This document shows positions 18,619 through 28,545 of a stretch of 32,898 bases of DNA, piece by piece; position 1 is the first letter of the stretch, and each line of letters opens with the position of its first letter. The translations under genes were made by a program, and so were the position numbers. Origin of the DNA: an uncultured Methanosarcinales archaeon. GTDB lineage: Archaea > Nanobdellota > Nanobdellia > Woesearchaeales > CAXGTL01. The notes under the pieces were generated by a model. That model did not search any database and was not told where the DNA came from. It worked only from the letters and a program-made list of their open reading frames with translations. The stretch is from assembly GCA_964535955.1 (NCBI GenBank), contig CAZHVK010000015.1:1-32898 (forward strand), written 5' to 3'.

Positions 18619-19050
18619 ATGGAAGAACAAACTATAGATAAAATAGTCAAACAAAATGTACAAAAACTAAGAAAACCAAAATTACACAATGGCATAGACT
18701 TTAACACAAAATTAGCAGATTCAGAAATAGATTATCATACAGTAAAGATAGAATATAATACACAAACAGGTGAAATAACAACAAGGCCTGCACAGCATGA
18801 CAAGGGTAAGTTTTCTGAAATAACATTAGCATGGAACAATGACGGCACATATGGATTCAGACCTTATAATAATCCATCAAATGCAACTCACAGATTATCA
18901 GATGATGACAGAAATAAATATCTGGTTACTGATTGTTTTGGCACAGAACCAGGTGACAAGGTTTTAGAACAATCTATTCAAGTTTATAATGCTTTAAGAA
19001 CATATGGTGAAAAGCATTCTAAAACAATAAATAAACAAACTAAAAGGTGA
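18619..19050 (+). CDS. Hypothetical protein
   Basis: ATG 18619 follows GAGG. Confidence 0.72.
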   Translation: MEEQTIDKIVKQNVQKLRKPKLHNGIDFNTKLADSEIDYHTVKIEYNTQTGEITTRPAQHDKGKFSEITLAWNNDGTYGFRPYNNPSNATHRLSDDDRNKYLVTDCFGTEPGDKVLEQSIQVYNALRTYGEKHSKTINKQTKR

Positions 19051-19056
19051 AACAAA

Positions 19057-19314
19057 ATGTGTGAACACGAAATGGAAAAAGAACAAGTACAACCAGAAGT
19101 AAAAGTTGATTTAAAAGAAATACCTGAATATAAACCAAGAACAAAACTTAGGTTAAAAAGAAAACCAACTAAAGAACAAAATTTAGAAGGAAAATTCTAT
19201 GACAATTATGATCAAAGGATTGAATTAATGGATGAACAAGGTAATATATTAAAAACTCGTCCAACAGGCAACAAATATCCTGATACAAAAACATTCAATG
19301 AAATGTTATGGTAG
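19057..19314 (+). CDS. Small hypothetical protein
   Basis: 85-aa ORF with SD AGGTGA. Confidence 0.68.
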   Translation: MCEHEMEKEQVQPEVKVDLKEIPEYKPRTKLRLKRKPTKEQNLEGKFYDNYDQRIELMDEQGNILKTRPTGNKYPDTKTFNEMLW

Positions 19315-19325
19315 GTGAAAATAAA

Positions 19326-19637
19326 ATGACAAAACTATACAAAGAAATACACAGACAAACAGTTAGATTCCCAGCAGATGACAAAGATTTTGCAAAAGCA
19401 AAAGCATTCTTTGGTTATCATCCTGGAGACAAATTTATAGCAGACGTTGCTGTTTTAGACTGTGGTGAAGAAAAAGTATTAGGTAACAGATATGTTATTG
19501 ATATCAAGATAGGTGACACTGGTTCAACACCAACATATGTGCCAGCTGGTGAAAACCTAGAAGATGCAATCAAATTATGCAAAAAGGTTTGTACAAGAGA
19601 AGAAGCACTTAAATGGCATACAATGGATTATAATTAG
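19326..19637 (+). CDS. Hypothetical protein
   Basis: ATG 19326 follows AGGTGA; protein begins MTKLYKEI. Confidence 0.72.
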   Translation: MTKLYKEIHRQTVRFPADDKDFAKAKAFFGYHPGDKFIADVAVLDCGEEKVLGNRYVIDIKIGDTGSTPTYVPAGENLEDAIKLCKKVCTREEALKWHTMDYN

Positions 19638-19647
19638 GTGAAATAAA

Positions 19648-20079
19648 ATGAACATATTCATAGTATGCAGCAAATACTGTTATGACAAGGTTGAAGCAAT
19701 TCAATCTAAATTAGAAGACATGGGACATAGTGTTATGTTGCCAAATGTGTTTGATGACCCATTTTCAGAGTTTGACATAAGAGACAATCAACCTGACAAA
19801 TTTGCAGAATGGAAAGGTGCAACATACAAAGAATCACAGGAAAAGGTTGAAAGATCTGACTGTTTGCTTGTATTAAATTATGAAAAACATGGTTGTCCAA
19901 ATTATATTGGTGGAAACACTTTATTAGAGATGTATGATGGTTTTAAACTAGGAAAACCAATTTATCTTATGAACCCTATACCAGATAATATGTTAAGGGA
20001 TGAGATATTAGGATTTGGCCCTATTGTAATTAATGAAGATTTAGAAAAGATAGTAGATAAAACTAAACTAGGTGAATAA
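19648..20079 (+). CDS. Nucleoside 2-deoxyribosyltransferase-like protein, paralogue of 14280-14693
   Basis: GHSVMLP...SDCLLVLN...NYIGGNTLLEM...MNPIP; SD AGGTGA. Confidence 0.72.
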   Translation: MNIFIVCSKYCYDKVEAIQSKLEDMGHSVMLPNVFDDPFSEFDIRDNQPDKFAEWKGATYKESQEKVERSDCLLVLNYEKHGCPNYIGGNTLLEMYDGFKLGKPIYLMNPIPDNMLRDEILGFGPIVINEDLEKIVDKTKLGE

Positions 20080-20084
20080 AGAAA

Positions 20085-20270
20085 ATGATAGAATCAATTA
20101 TATCACAATCATATGTAGCGCAAACATATGCAAGAGATTATGTAAAAACAACAGCAGCACTTGCTAAAAAAAAGCAAGACAATGAAGAACCACAAGCATA
20201 TGATAATTTGATCGCGCAAAAACTACCAATAACTCCAGGAATAGGAGTCAAAATTGATTATGTTGTATAA
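20085..20270 (+). CDS. Small protein resembling the YjfB (putative motility) family
   Basis: 61 aa with the pattern alaKKkqD...PGIGVKID.VV; family resemblance judged by eye. Confidence 0.5.
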   Translation: MIESIISQSYVAQTYARDYVKTTAALAKKKQDNEEPQAYDNLIAQKLPITPGIGVKIDYVV

Positions 20271-20281
20271 GAGGAATAAAA

Positions 20282-20863
20282 ATGACAAAACCAACAACCA
20301 CAACAAAAAGATTCATTATAACAGCAGCAATAATTGCTGGAGCATTTGGACTAATAAAACGTCATGACATTGCAGCAGCTTTTGAAGCACATAAACTAAG
20401 AAATGCTACATCTAACCCAGACATTGTTGCAGAAGAAATATATAAAAACCTACCAACTCAAATGCCATTTGATGATTATGAATGGAGAATACCTTGTATT
20501 GTTTATGAGCCTGAAGCAACAGGTAAAGGTGAACCAATATATCTTCATAAGAAAACAGGTGTGCTAATATTAGCAGATGAAGAAGATAATCCAGTAAGAA
20601 TAGACAAACCATCAGCAATCAATAAAGTAAAGATAGATGCTTACATTCCACAAAGAGACGTAAAAAGATTCTGGACACTTGCAAAAGACATGATGTTAGG
20701 AAATGTGTACAGACACAATGAAACAGGTAAACTTGCTTATATTGATGAATATTCAAGAATAAGACAGATAGTTGACAAAGTAGAAGACATAGATAGAAAC
20801 CAAGAACCAAATTATTTTGGCAAAGATCCAATTGAACAGGATTATCCTAGAAAAGAAGAATAA
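20282..20863 (+). CDS. Hypothetical protein with an N-terminal hydrophobic anchor or signal
   Basis: N-terminal KRFIITAAIIAGAFGLI; SD GAGGA. Confidence 0.72.
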   Translation: MTKPTTTTKRFIITAAIIAGAFGLIKRHDIAAAFEAHKLRNATSNPDIVAEEIYKNLPTQMPFDDYEWRIPCIVYEPEATGKGEPIYLHKKTGVLILADEEDNPVRIDKPSAINKVKIDAYIPQRDVKRFWTLAKDMMLGNVYRHNETGKLAYIDEYSRIRQIVDKVEDIDRNQEPNYFGKDPIEQDYPRKEE

Positions 20864-20865
20864 AA

Positions 20866-21060
20866 ATGAATATAGTAAAACCACTAGATAGACAACCGAG
20901 AAAAAAACAATTAGAAAAACAAATACCTAAAGTTAATGTTGACTATACAATGCTCTATGTCGTAGTAGACATGTATCAATTTGAATATTTAATTAATCCA
21001 ATAAGGTGTTTACAAAGGACTTATGCAAGTCTTGGTTATGACATTAATAAAACCAATTAA
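20866..21060 (+). CDS. Small hypothetical protein
   Basis: 64-aa ORF that fills the gap in the array; weak SD. Confidence 0.55.
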   Translation: MNIVKPLDRQPRKKQLEKQIPKVNVDYTMLYVVVDMYQFEYLINPIRCLQRTYASLGYDINKTN

Positions 21061-21070
21061 GGTAATAAAA

Positions 21071-21211
21071 ATGCAAGAATTCACTTTAACAAAACAAATA
21101 AGCAAACATGGAAAGCAAGCAATAATTGTTATTCCAAAGATTTTGCAGAACCAACTTCAACCAAAGACATTGGTTGAGATAAAGATTAAAGTATTGAAGG
21201 AGGCTGAGTAA
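21071..21211 (+). CDS. AbrB/MazE-like swapped-hairpin small DNA-binding protein
   Basis: MQEFTLTKQISKHGKQAIIVIPK...LVEIKI; SD AAGGT. Confidence 0.6.
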   Translation: MQEFTLTKQISKHGKQAIIVIPKILQNQLQPKTLVEIKIKVLKEAE

Positions 21212-21213
21212 AA

Positions 21214-21933
21214 ATGAGCTCATACGGAACAGTTGTAATAAGAGAAAAAGATGGAAACACCCACATTCATAATGCAAATCTAGCATTATCATGGATAGTT
21301 GAGAATATAAGATTTATTGAAAAGTCACCTGAACTAATAAAAGGATTTTTAGATGTAGGATATGATATGTTAAAACATGTTGCACCAACAAATTCAGGAT
21401 TAATAGTACTAGACCAGATGAAAGACAAAGTAATAACATATACACCAGGAACAAATCATGCTTTTGGATTGTTATCAACTATATCAGTTAGTTATTATTT
21501 AAGCTTAAACAATGGAAATGTAAAAGCAAGATTAATAGACAATGCTCCTACTGACCTAAAACCAGAATTAATTGGATTTTATATTGATAATTTTGATTTA
21601 GAGCCAGTTAGATTAAGAGAATTTTATGAACAAGGTAAAGTTAAACACTTAATAGAATGGAATCCAAAAGAACAAGATTATTCAGGGAAAATCAGAAGCA
21701 TAGAAGGAATGTCATTAGAACAGATTGGACTTTTAGCTTTACAAAATAAGAGACCTAGCAAAGCATTTGCTCTGGACATGGCTCCTTATGAGATGATTGA
21801 CTTTCTTACACCAATGGGTGCAGTAGATTGGGAAACAGCAACACAACAAACTAAAGAATTACTAACAGAATTAGGATTCAATGTAAATCACAAAGAATGG
21901 GATAAATGGAAAAAAGAATGGGATGAGGAATAA
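21214..21933 (+). CDS. Hypothetical protein
   Basis: 239-aa ORF with GGAGG upstream. Confidence 0.75.
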   Translation: MSSYGTVVIREKDGNTHIHNANLALSWIVENIRFIEKSPELIKGFLDVGYDMLKHVAPTNSGLIVLDQMKDKVITYTPGTNHAFGLLSTISVSYYLSLNNGNVKARLIDNAPTDLKPELIGFYIDNFDLEPVRLREFYEQGKVKHLIEWNPKEQDYSGKIRSIEGMSLEQIGLLALQNKRPSKAFALDMAPYEMIDFLTPMGAVDWETATQQTKELLTELGFNVNHKEWDKWKKEWDEE

Positions 21934-21948
21934 TGGAGGAAAACTAAA

Positions 21949-22212
21949 ATGACAAATGAAAAATATACAATGTTTAAAAAAACAGCAAGGGTTAGTGGTT
22001 TAGTCACTGTACTTGCAGGAGCAGCATTATTACTAACTTCATGTGCAGACATGGATGCTGGTAGACAAAAATTAGAAAAAAAAGTAGAAAGATATGAACA
22101 AAAATTAGAAAAAAAGGATATAACTAAAGCAAGAGATGATTTTGAAGCAAAAGTTTACAAATATGAAGATAATATTGAAAAAAAGCTTAAAAAATCATTT
22201 TATGATAATTAA
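21949..22212 (+). CDS. Small lipoprotein
   Basis: Hydrophobic stretch ending in the lipobox LTS-C; SD GGAGG. Confidence 0.7.
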   Translation: MTNEKYTMFKKTARVSGLVTVLAGAALLLTSCADMDAGRQKLEKKVERYEQKLEKKDITKARDDFEAKVYKYEDNIEKKLKKSFYDN

Positions 22213-22233
22213 TAATATAGAGGTTGAATAAAA

Positions 22234-23022
22234 ATGAGACAAATAAAAACATTAAAAGAACTATTAGACTTAGATAGTCTAAGAAACATATCAAATGTTG
22301 TGAGAAAAGAAATAAGTACTGCACATCCAAACTCAGATGTAAGTTATGTATATGAAAATCTTTGTACTACAAAAGTAGTTTATTTTGAACCTGATAAAGC
22401 TGCAGAAAAAATGCCTGTAAAAAGACCATCTGTATATGACAATCTATGTATTATATTAGACACAAGCGGTTCAATTGTCTTTAATGGACACGAAAAAAGT
22501 GAAAATTATAAAGCAATGAAAAAAGGAACACAACAAGCATTTGAAGCAGGAATTGGAGACGGTAAAAGAAGAGATTATGCTGTAATCAATTTTTCAGCTG
22601 GAACTATTAGTTCTGGATGGATTCCAAAATCAAAATCAAATAAATTAGGCAGTACAATAAATAAAGTTTTTGCTGGAGGATCAAAACTTAATACTGATAC
22701 TTTAGACAAATTATCATCTGAACATGAAACTTTTAGTTTAATAATGATAACAGATGGATGGATAGGAAATGGTGCAGAGGTCATTTCAAAGCTAAAAAGA
22801 TTATATGATCAAGGCTGTGATATAAACATAGTATACATACCTAATAGTCAAACTATACCTGATGAGATTATAGAAATGAATGAATTTGCAACAGTCTATT
22901 TAACAGAAAGTCCTGAAGGAATAAAACAAGAAATGAAAGACATAACAGATATCAAAGTATATAGAAAAGGAATTAAATCTCAAATAACTAAAAGAAGAGA
23001 TTATAATATATTAATTGATTAA
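22234..23022 (+). CDS. von Willebrand factor A (vWA) domain protein
   Basis: MIDAS IILDTSGS, VINFS and IMITDG; SD GAGGT. Confidence 0.85.
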   Translation: MRQIKTLKELLDLDSLRNISNVVRKEISTAHPNSDVSYVYENLCTTKVVYFEPDKAAEKMPVKRPSVYDNLCIILDTSGSIVFNGHEKSENYKAMKKGTQQAFEAGIGDGKRRDYAVINFSAGTISSGWIPKSKSNKLGSTINKVFAGGSKLNTDTLDKLSSEHETFSLIMITDGWIGNGAEVISKLKRLYDQGCDINIVYIPNSQTIPDEIIEMNEFATVYLTESPEGIKQEMKDITDIKVYRKGIKSQITKRRDYNILID

Positions 23023-23042
23023 TTTTTTTATTTTATTTTTTT
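23023..23042 (+). terminator. Oligo-T tract after the vWA gene, candidate archaeal terminator
   Basis: TTTTTTTATTTTATTTTTT immediately after the stop codon. Confidence 0.45.
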
Positions 23043-23073
23043 AAAATCAGAGAGAGGAAAAAATAAAACTAAA

Positions 23074-23343
23074 ATGCTAAAAAAACTACTTTCAAGAATC
23101 GATGCAAAAGGAATGATACCTCATGTAGGAAAGATTATTGGATTTAAACATAATAGTATTATATTCAAGACAAATGTTCATCAAAGAGAATATGGTATGC
23201 AGATTAAAGAACAAGAACTTAAGAAATTATTAGACATGTATGGTGTTTCAGACAAAGAATATTTAAAAGATAAGCATGTTATTACATTATGGAAAGAATA
23301 TCCAGACCAAAAATGGATAAATGGTATAATACCAATAGTATAA
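23074..23343 (+). CDS. Small hypothetical protein
   Basis: 89-aa ORF with GAGAGG upstream. Confidence 0.65.
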   Translation: MLKKLLSRIDAKGMIPHVGKIIGFKHNSIIFKTNVHQREYGMQIKEQELKKLLDMYGVSDKEYLKDKHVITLWKEYPDQKWINGIIPIV

Positions 23344-23365
23344 TTAAGCACAAGGGGGGTAAGAA

Positions 23366-24100
23366 TTGCAGACAAATGAATCAGAATCTATAGATGACAA
23401 AATAGATCAAACAATAGATCCTGAATATAAAAGAAAGACAAAAAGAAATTTAGTAATCTTAATGATTTATTCATTATTTCTAACAATAGGGTTCAAACTA
23501 ACACTAAGCTATATGATGGATAAAAAGATAAACCAAGATAGTAATCAAGAAAAATCAATTGAATTAGCACAATTACCTCCTGCATATTATAAAATACCAA
23601 AACAAGAGCTAGAAGAAAAAAACATTCTCCAACAAGATCTTGAAAACAGAACAATGGTAGTCATGAGTAATTCCTTAATAAAAGATTTTATGAAATCAAG
23701 AAGACAAAGAATCACTTATTTTACAAAATACTTATCAAGATTAGAAAAAAATTATAGAATGCAACCAACAACTAGCTTACCAATATGTCTAGATATAAGA
23801 CCAGGAGAATTTAGACACAAAATACATCCATATGAAAGAGTTATAGTGGTTGGTACAGATTGCATTATAGATGGAATAAAAAAAGAATATAATGATGACT
23901 TAATAGCATTAGGAATATATAATCAAATATTGCATTACATAAACCTTCCACAACAAGAACCAAGTATCCAAACACTTGCTGCAGAATATACTACACTTCT
24001 CAATGACAAGAAAGCAATCAATAACAATGAATACCTAGGTATATTACAAGTATGGCAAACAGCAGTAGATATAAAACAAAGTAAACCTCAAGATTTATAA
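23366..24100 (+). CDS. Membrane-anchored hypothetical protein
   Basis: TTG start after GGGGGGT; one hydrophobic segment (LVILMIYSLFLTIGF). Confidence 0.72.
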   Translation: MQTNESESIDDKIDQTIDPEYKRKTKRNLVILMIYSLFLTIGFKLTLSYMMDKKINQDSNQEKSIELAQLPPAYYKIPKQELEEKNILQQDLENRTMVVMSNSLIKDFMKSRRQRITYFTKYLSRLEKNYRMQPTTSLPICLDIRPGEFRHKIHPYERVIVVGTDCIIDGIKKEYNDDLIALGIYNQILHYINLPQQEPSIQTLAAEYTTLLNDKKAINNNEYLGILQVWQTAVDIKQSKPQDL

Positions 24101-24124
24101 GTCTATAAACAATTCTCAACAAAA

Positions 24125-25852
24125 ATGAACAGCCTAAACAAATTATGTAAAGAAATACTTAAAGAATTAGATAATTCTAAAACTATAAATCAACAACAAC
24201 TAAACAAATTAAAACTAAGAGTAATAAGAAAAATAAAAGGTACAAAAATACCAAGCAATATAGAAATACTAAACAATGCAACACAACAACAAAGAAAAAA
24301 ATACAAAAACATCCTAACAATCAAACCAACAAGAACAATGAGTGGTGTAAATGTTATTGCAATAATGACAAAACCAAGAAAATGTCCTCATGCAAAAACA
24401 GGAATAGGGCCATGTACTATGTGCCCTGGAGGACCAAAGTCACACTTTGGAAACATACCACAATCTTACACAGGAAAAGAACCAGCAACATTAAGAGCTC
24501 TAAGAAACAAGTTTGATCCTTATCTCCAGGTTTTCAACAGACTTGAACAATATTGCGCAATGAACAAGTTACCAGAAAAAATAGAATTAATAATAATGGG
24601 AGGAACATTTCCTTCTTATCCAAAAAAGTACCAAGATACATTCATCAAAGATTCATTCAAAGCAATGAATGATTTTTCTAAATTATTTTTTAAGAATAAT
24701 AAATTCCTAGTCGACAAATTTCTAAAATTCTTTGAACTACCAGGCAAAGTAGGTGATCCTAAAAGAACAAAAAACATACAAAAAAAGATATTAAAACTAA
24801 AAAATAAAACAAAGAAAAAAACAAAAAAAAACAAAATCTCTTTAGAACTAGAACAAAAGAAGAATGAAAAATCAAAAATAAAAATAGTAGGTTTAACAAT
24901 AGAAACAAGACCAGACTATGCAAAACTCAAACATTGCAAACAAATGTTAAGACTAGGTGCAACACGAGTAGAGCTAGGTGTACAAACTATCTACAACAAA
25001 GTTTTAAAAAAAATTAAACGTGGTCACACAGTTGAAGATTCGATAAAAGCGACACAGACATTAAAAGACTTAGGTTTTAAAATAAATTATCACATGATGT
25101 TAGGTTTACCAACAGTAACACCAAAACAAGATCTAAATTCACTAAAAACATTATTCACAAACCAAGAATTCAGACCAGACATGTTAAAATTATATCCATG
25201 CATGGTAATGAAAGGAACTCAACTCTACAAACAATGGAAGAAAAAGAAGTTTAAACCTTTAACAACTAAAAAAGCAATCAAAATTATCACAAAATTCAAA
25301 AAAAACATACCAAAATTTGTTAGAATAATGCGTGTACAAAGAGACATCCCTACACACACAACTGAAGCAGGTGTTGACAAAACTAATTTAAGGCAGATGA
25401 TTCAACAGAATCTCGGTAAAACTAAATGTAATTGCATAAGATGCAGAGAACCTGGACGAAGAAACTTAGATCACAAAAATGTAAAATTCTACATTTATGA
25501 ATACAAAGCTTCTGACGGAAAAGAATTTTTCATTTCAGCAGAAGACAAAGTAAATGATTGCATTGTTGGTTTTATTAGAATGAGATTCCCAAGCAAATCA
25601 TTTCTACCTATAATCACAAAAACCAGTGCTTTAATCAGAGAGCTTCATGTCTACGGTGAAACAGAGAAAATAGGTAAAAAAGGCAAGATCCAACACAGAG
25701 GTTATGGTAAAAAACTTCTTAAAATTGCAGAACAAATTGCAAAACAACATAAGAAGAACAAGATCATAATCATCTCAGGCATTGGTGTAAGAGAATATTA
25801 TAAAAAACTAGGATACAAACTACAAACTCCTTACATGGTTAAGAAGGTTTAG
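24125..25852 (+). CDS. elp3: Elp3 tRNA U34 acetyltransferase (radical SAM plus GNAT)
   Basis: Motifs CPH...CTMCPGGP, PQSYTGKEPA, MGGTF, IETRPD, RVELGVQ, RVQRDIP, IRELHVYG, QHRGYG and ISGIGVREYY. Confidence 0.96.
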   Translation: MNSLNKLCKEILKELDNSKTINQQQLNKLKLRVIRKIKGTKIPSNIEILNNATQQQRKKYKNILTIKPTRTMSGVNVIAIMTKPRKCPHAKTGIGPCTMCPGGPKSHFGNIPQSYTGKEPATLRALRNKFDPYLQVFNRLEQYCAMNKLPEKIELIIMGGTFPSYPKKYQDTFIKDSFKAMNDFSKLFFKNNKFLVDKFLKFFELPGKVGDPKRTKNIQKKILKLKNKTKKKTKKNKISLELEQKKNEKSKIKIVGLTIETRPDYAKLKHCKQMLRLGATRVELGVQTIYNKVLKKIKRGHTVEDSIKATQTLKDLGFKINYHMMLGLPTVTPKQDLNSLKTLFTNQEFRPDMLKLYPCMVMKGTQLYKQWKKKKFKPLTTKKAIKIITKFKKNIPKFVRIMRVQRDIPTHTTEAGVDKTNLRQMIQQNLGKTKCNCIRCREPGRRNLDHKNVKFYIYEYKASDGKEFFISAEDKVNDCIVGFIRMRFPSKSFLPIITKTSALIRELHVYGETEKIGKKGKIQHRGYGKKLLKIAEQIAKQHKKNKIIIISGIGVREYYKKLGYKLQTPYMVKKV

Positions 25853-25854
25853 TT

Positions 25855-28545
25855 TTATTTATTCGCATTATAATGCTGTTTAATTTCTTTTGCAGTTAAT
25901 TCTCTTCCATATACCCTAAAATCATCTAATGCACCTACAAATGCAGGAGCACTTCTTGTCTTTGAACCGATTACAGGATAAATATGCCTTCCACTAGCAG
26001 ATGCTGCAGCAAATACTCCTTTTGTTTCAACACCATTAATATAAATACTCATTCTTCTTTGTTTATGATTCCAAGTAACTGCTAAAAAATACCATTTATT
26101 ATTAGGAGGAGCCTTAGTTGAAATAACTGTTGAAATTTGGTGTGCATTGTGTGGTTTTAAAATCAATCTATCAGTTCTAAGATCAAAATTATTGAATTTT
26201 CTAATCATTCTAATTGTTTCAGCATAAATCACACCATCACTCTCTTTCTTGATCCACATAGTAATACTTCCTAAACCTGCACTAATCAAACCTTTCTGTG
26301 CACCTGTTTGTGGTTGAACAGCAGGAGGAAATTGTTTTGCTTTCCCAAACTTACCAGCAACAAAAGGACCAGTATCAGGACAATGTTGCTTTCCAATAGA
26401 ATCTTTTCCATTTCCATCAAACTTATAATGAACATCTAATTGTTCAGAACTTAATTGTGTCTGGACACACGCATTATTCTTACATTTTTTGCCAGCACCA
26501 CAAGCAATATTTCTCTTATCTAAACAAGGATCAGAATCAGAATAAATACATCTTAAAACAGTTTTGCCATCAGCACTGCATGATTTAGGATTATACTTTG
26601 CACAATCATTTTTACAACATTTTGCTATTCCTTTAGGAGTATAACACTTTGCATCTGTACATGTTTCTTGTTTTTTCCAAGAAGTACACCCATTGCTGCC
26701 TTTTTTACAAATCAAAACATCATATTTATTAACAGAATCACACTTAGTTTGTGCTTCTGTGCATTCATCAGTACATGTTGCAACACATTGACCACCTGAA
26801 CATTCTTTACCACCAACACATGTACCACAACTTAGTGTACCACCACAACCATCAGAATGACTACCACATTCCTTGCCTAATTCTGTACAAGTCTTTGGAA
26901 CACAACTAACAACACATCCACCATCTTGACACTTCTCATTTTCACCGCAACCAGTCCATTCACCACCAAATTCTAAACAACCATCTTCATTAGCATCAAC
27001 ACAGCCATAATAACCAGAAAATTCATCATCACATTGTGTTTGTTCTTCAGAACATTCATCAGTACATTCTATCACTTCTTCTTCATCTTCCTCTACTACT
27101 TCCTCCTCTTCACCTTCTGCTTCTCCTTCACTAGTAATAGAAACATCTTGACAAACTTCATCAAGATCAATTGGCCATTTATTCCAGCCAGCTCTTTCTT
27201 CTAAACATGCTTGATAACCAGCACCTTTTGGACATGGTGGAATTGGTGAATTATAACATTTGCCCTCAGAAGTTAATATGTCTAATGGATGTCTGCAGCA
27301 ATCCATACCAGTTTCTTCAGTAATAGTAAATTCATTTTTATCATCACCACAACAATATTCACTATCAACAATCCAATCAAAGCCGCATTTTTCACATGAA
27401 GCTTTATCATTATCAGGTTCTAGTTCTTCTTCAACCTCAACCTTAAAACATTGACCAATCCAATTATCAAGATTACAATCTTCATCAGGAACCCAATCTC
27501 TTGATTTATCTTTTTTTTTACATGTATAAGCTAATAAATAAATAACACCTGTTTTTGTTTCATCAGGGTCAATATTTAATAATTCTTCAACATCACCCCT
27601 TATCCAATTACTAGAACCAGCTGTTTCTTGGCTAAAGTCCATTATTGACCATTCTTCATCATGCTCACTTATCATTAAATATTTTTTATAAACATAATCT
27701 TCATCAACAATACTCAGCTTAACTTGTTCAGATGAACCAGATCCTAACAAAACACTAACATCATCTGGCTCAACATAGAATATACCAGTTGGATCACTTG
27801 GCTGCCATTCACCAAAGTCGCATCCAGTTTGTGATTCTTGTTCAACAACTTCTTCTTCAACCCCAGAATCAAGAGTTTCGACACTTTTAGTTTCTAAAGT
27901 TTTAGCAACAGGTTCTACACAATCTTCATCAACTTCACCATCACAATCATTATCACTACTATCACAAGTTGAATCATCAGATTTATACAATGAATTATGA
28001 TCTAAATAAACATTATCATCACAACCAGGCCAAGTAAGCTCATCAGTGCATGTTTCTTGTGCACCTTTACAAACACCTTGTTGTTTTTCACAATTTTGTT
28101 TTTCACCAGGAGCACAATCTCCAGTTACACAAACACCATTATCACACTTTTGATTAGACTCGCAAGTTGCATATTTTTTATCAAAGCATCCATCAGAACC
28201 TTTTACACAAGTCCATGCCTTATTACCATCACAATCTTTTTGTCCTGATGAACATTCATCAGTACAAGTTTTAATACAAGCACCTTTGTTACACTTTGTT
28301 CCAGATGGACATTGCTTTTTAGATACTTTAAAATTAGGCCAATATTTTGTACAATAATAATCATAAGCAGTATTACCTTTACAATAATCATCTCTATATT
28401 TTCTACCATTTCTCTTAATATAACCACTTTTATCATAATTATTCCTACCATCAGAATCTTCACACTTAGGTGCAGCTTGCACAAAGCCAGCAAACAATAC
28501 TAGAATAATTAAAATACATAAAATGATTATTAGTTTTTTCTTAAT
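25855..28545 (-). CDS. Secreted Cys/acid-rich surface protein with a C-terminal LamG/ConA-like domain
   Basis: The signal peptide KKKLIIILCILIILVLFAGFVQA lies upstream of the track start (28497). Contains DNDCDG and CTDEC repeats and a HYKFDG...WYFLAVTW...IYING...LDDFRVY domain. Confidence 0.85.
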   Translation of the reverse strand: MKKKLIIILCILIILVLFAGFVQAAPKCEDSDGRNNYDKSGYIKRNGRKYRDDYCKGNTAYDYYCTKYWPNFKVSKKQCPSGTKCNKGACIKTCTDECSSGQKDCDGNKAWTCVKGSDGCFDKKYATCESNQKCDNGVCVTGDCAPGEKQNCEKQQGVCKGAQETCTDELTWPGCDDNVYLDHNSLYKSDDSTCDSSDNDCDGEVDEDCVEPVAKTLETKSVETLDSGVEEEVVEQESQTGCDFGEWQPSDPTGIFYVEPDDVSVLLGSGSSEQVKLSIVDEDYVYKKYLMISEHDEEWSIMDFSQETAGSSNWIRGDVEELLNIDPDETKTGVIYLLAYTCKKKDKSRDWVPDEDCNLDNWIGQCFKVEVEEELEPDNDKASCEKCGFDWIVDSEYCCGDDKNEFTITEETGMDCCRHPLDILTSEGKCYNSPIPPCPKGAGYQACLEERAGWNKWPIDLDEVCQDVSITSEGEAEGEEEEVVEEDEEEVIECTDECSEEQTQCDDEFSGYYGCVDANEDGCLEFGGEWTGCGENEKCQDGGCVVSCVPKTCTELGKECGSHSDGCGGTLSCGTCVGGKECSGGQCVATCTDECTEAQTKCDSVNKYDVLICKKGSNGCTSWKKQETCTDAKCYTPKGIAKCCKNDCAKYNPKSCSADGKTVLRCIYSDSDPCLDKRNIACGAGKKCKNNACVQTQLSSEQLDVHYKFDGNGKDSIGKQHCPDTGPFVAGKFGKAKQFPPAVQPQTGAQKGLISAGLGSITMWIKKESDGVIYAETIRMIRKFNNFDLRTDRLILKPHNAHQISTVISTKAPPNNKWYFLAVTWNHKQRRMSIYINGVETKGVFAAASASGRHIYPVIGSKTRSAPAFVGALDDFRVYGRELTAKEIKQHYNANK
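26942..27047. repeat. 106-bp exact repeat shared with 29872-29977
   Basis: Base-by-base comparison. A second exact block of 60 bp links 26754-26813 to 29540-29599. Confidence 0.9.

Noticed and set aside
16836..24100. Intact provirus or integrative element
   Set aside because: No integrase, structural or replication gene, tRNA target or flanking att repeat was recognised.
24385..24435. Extra residues in the Elp3 Cys motif (CPHAKTGIGPCTMC) as a second intron
   Set aside because: The segment is in frame, has no stop and no evident BHB. Longer spacing here is normal for some Elp3 proteins.
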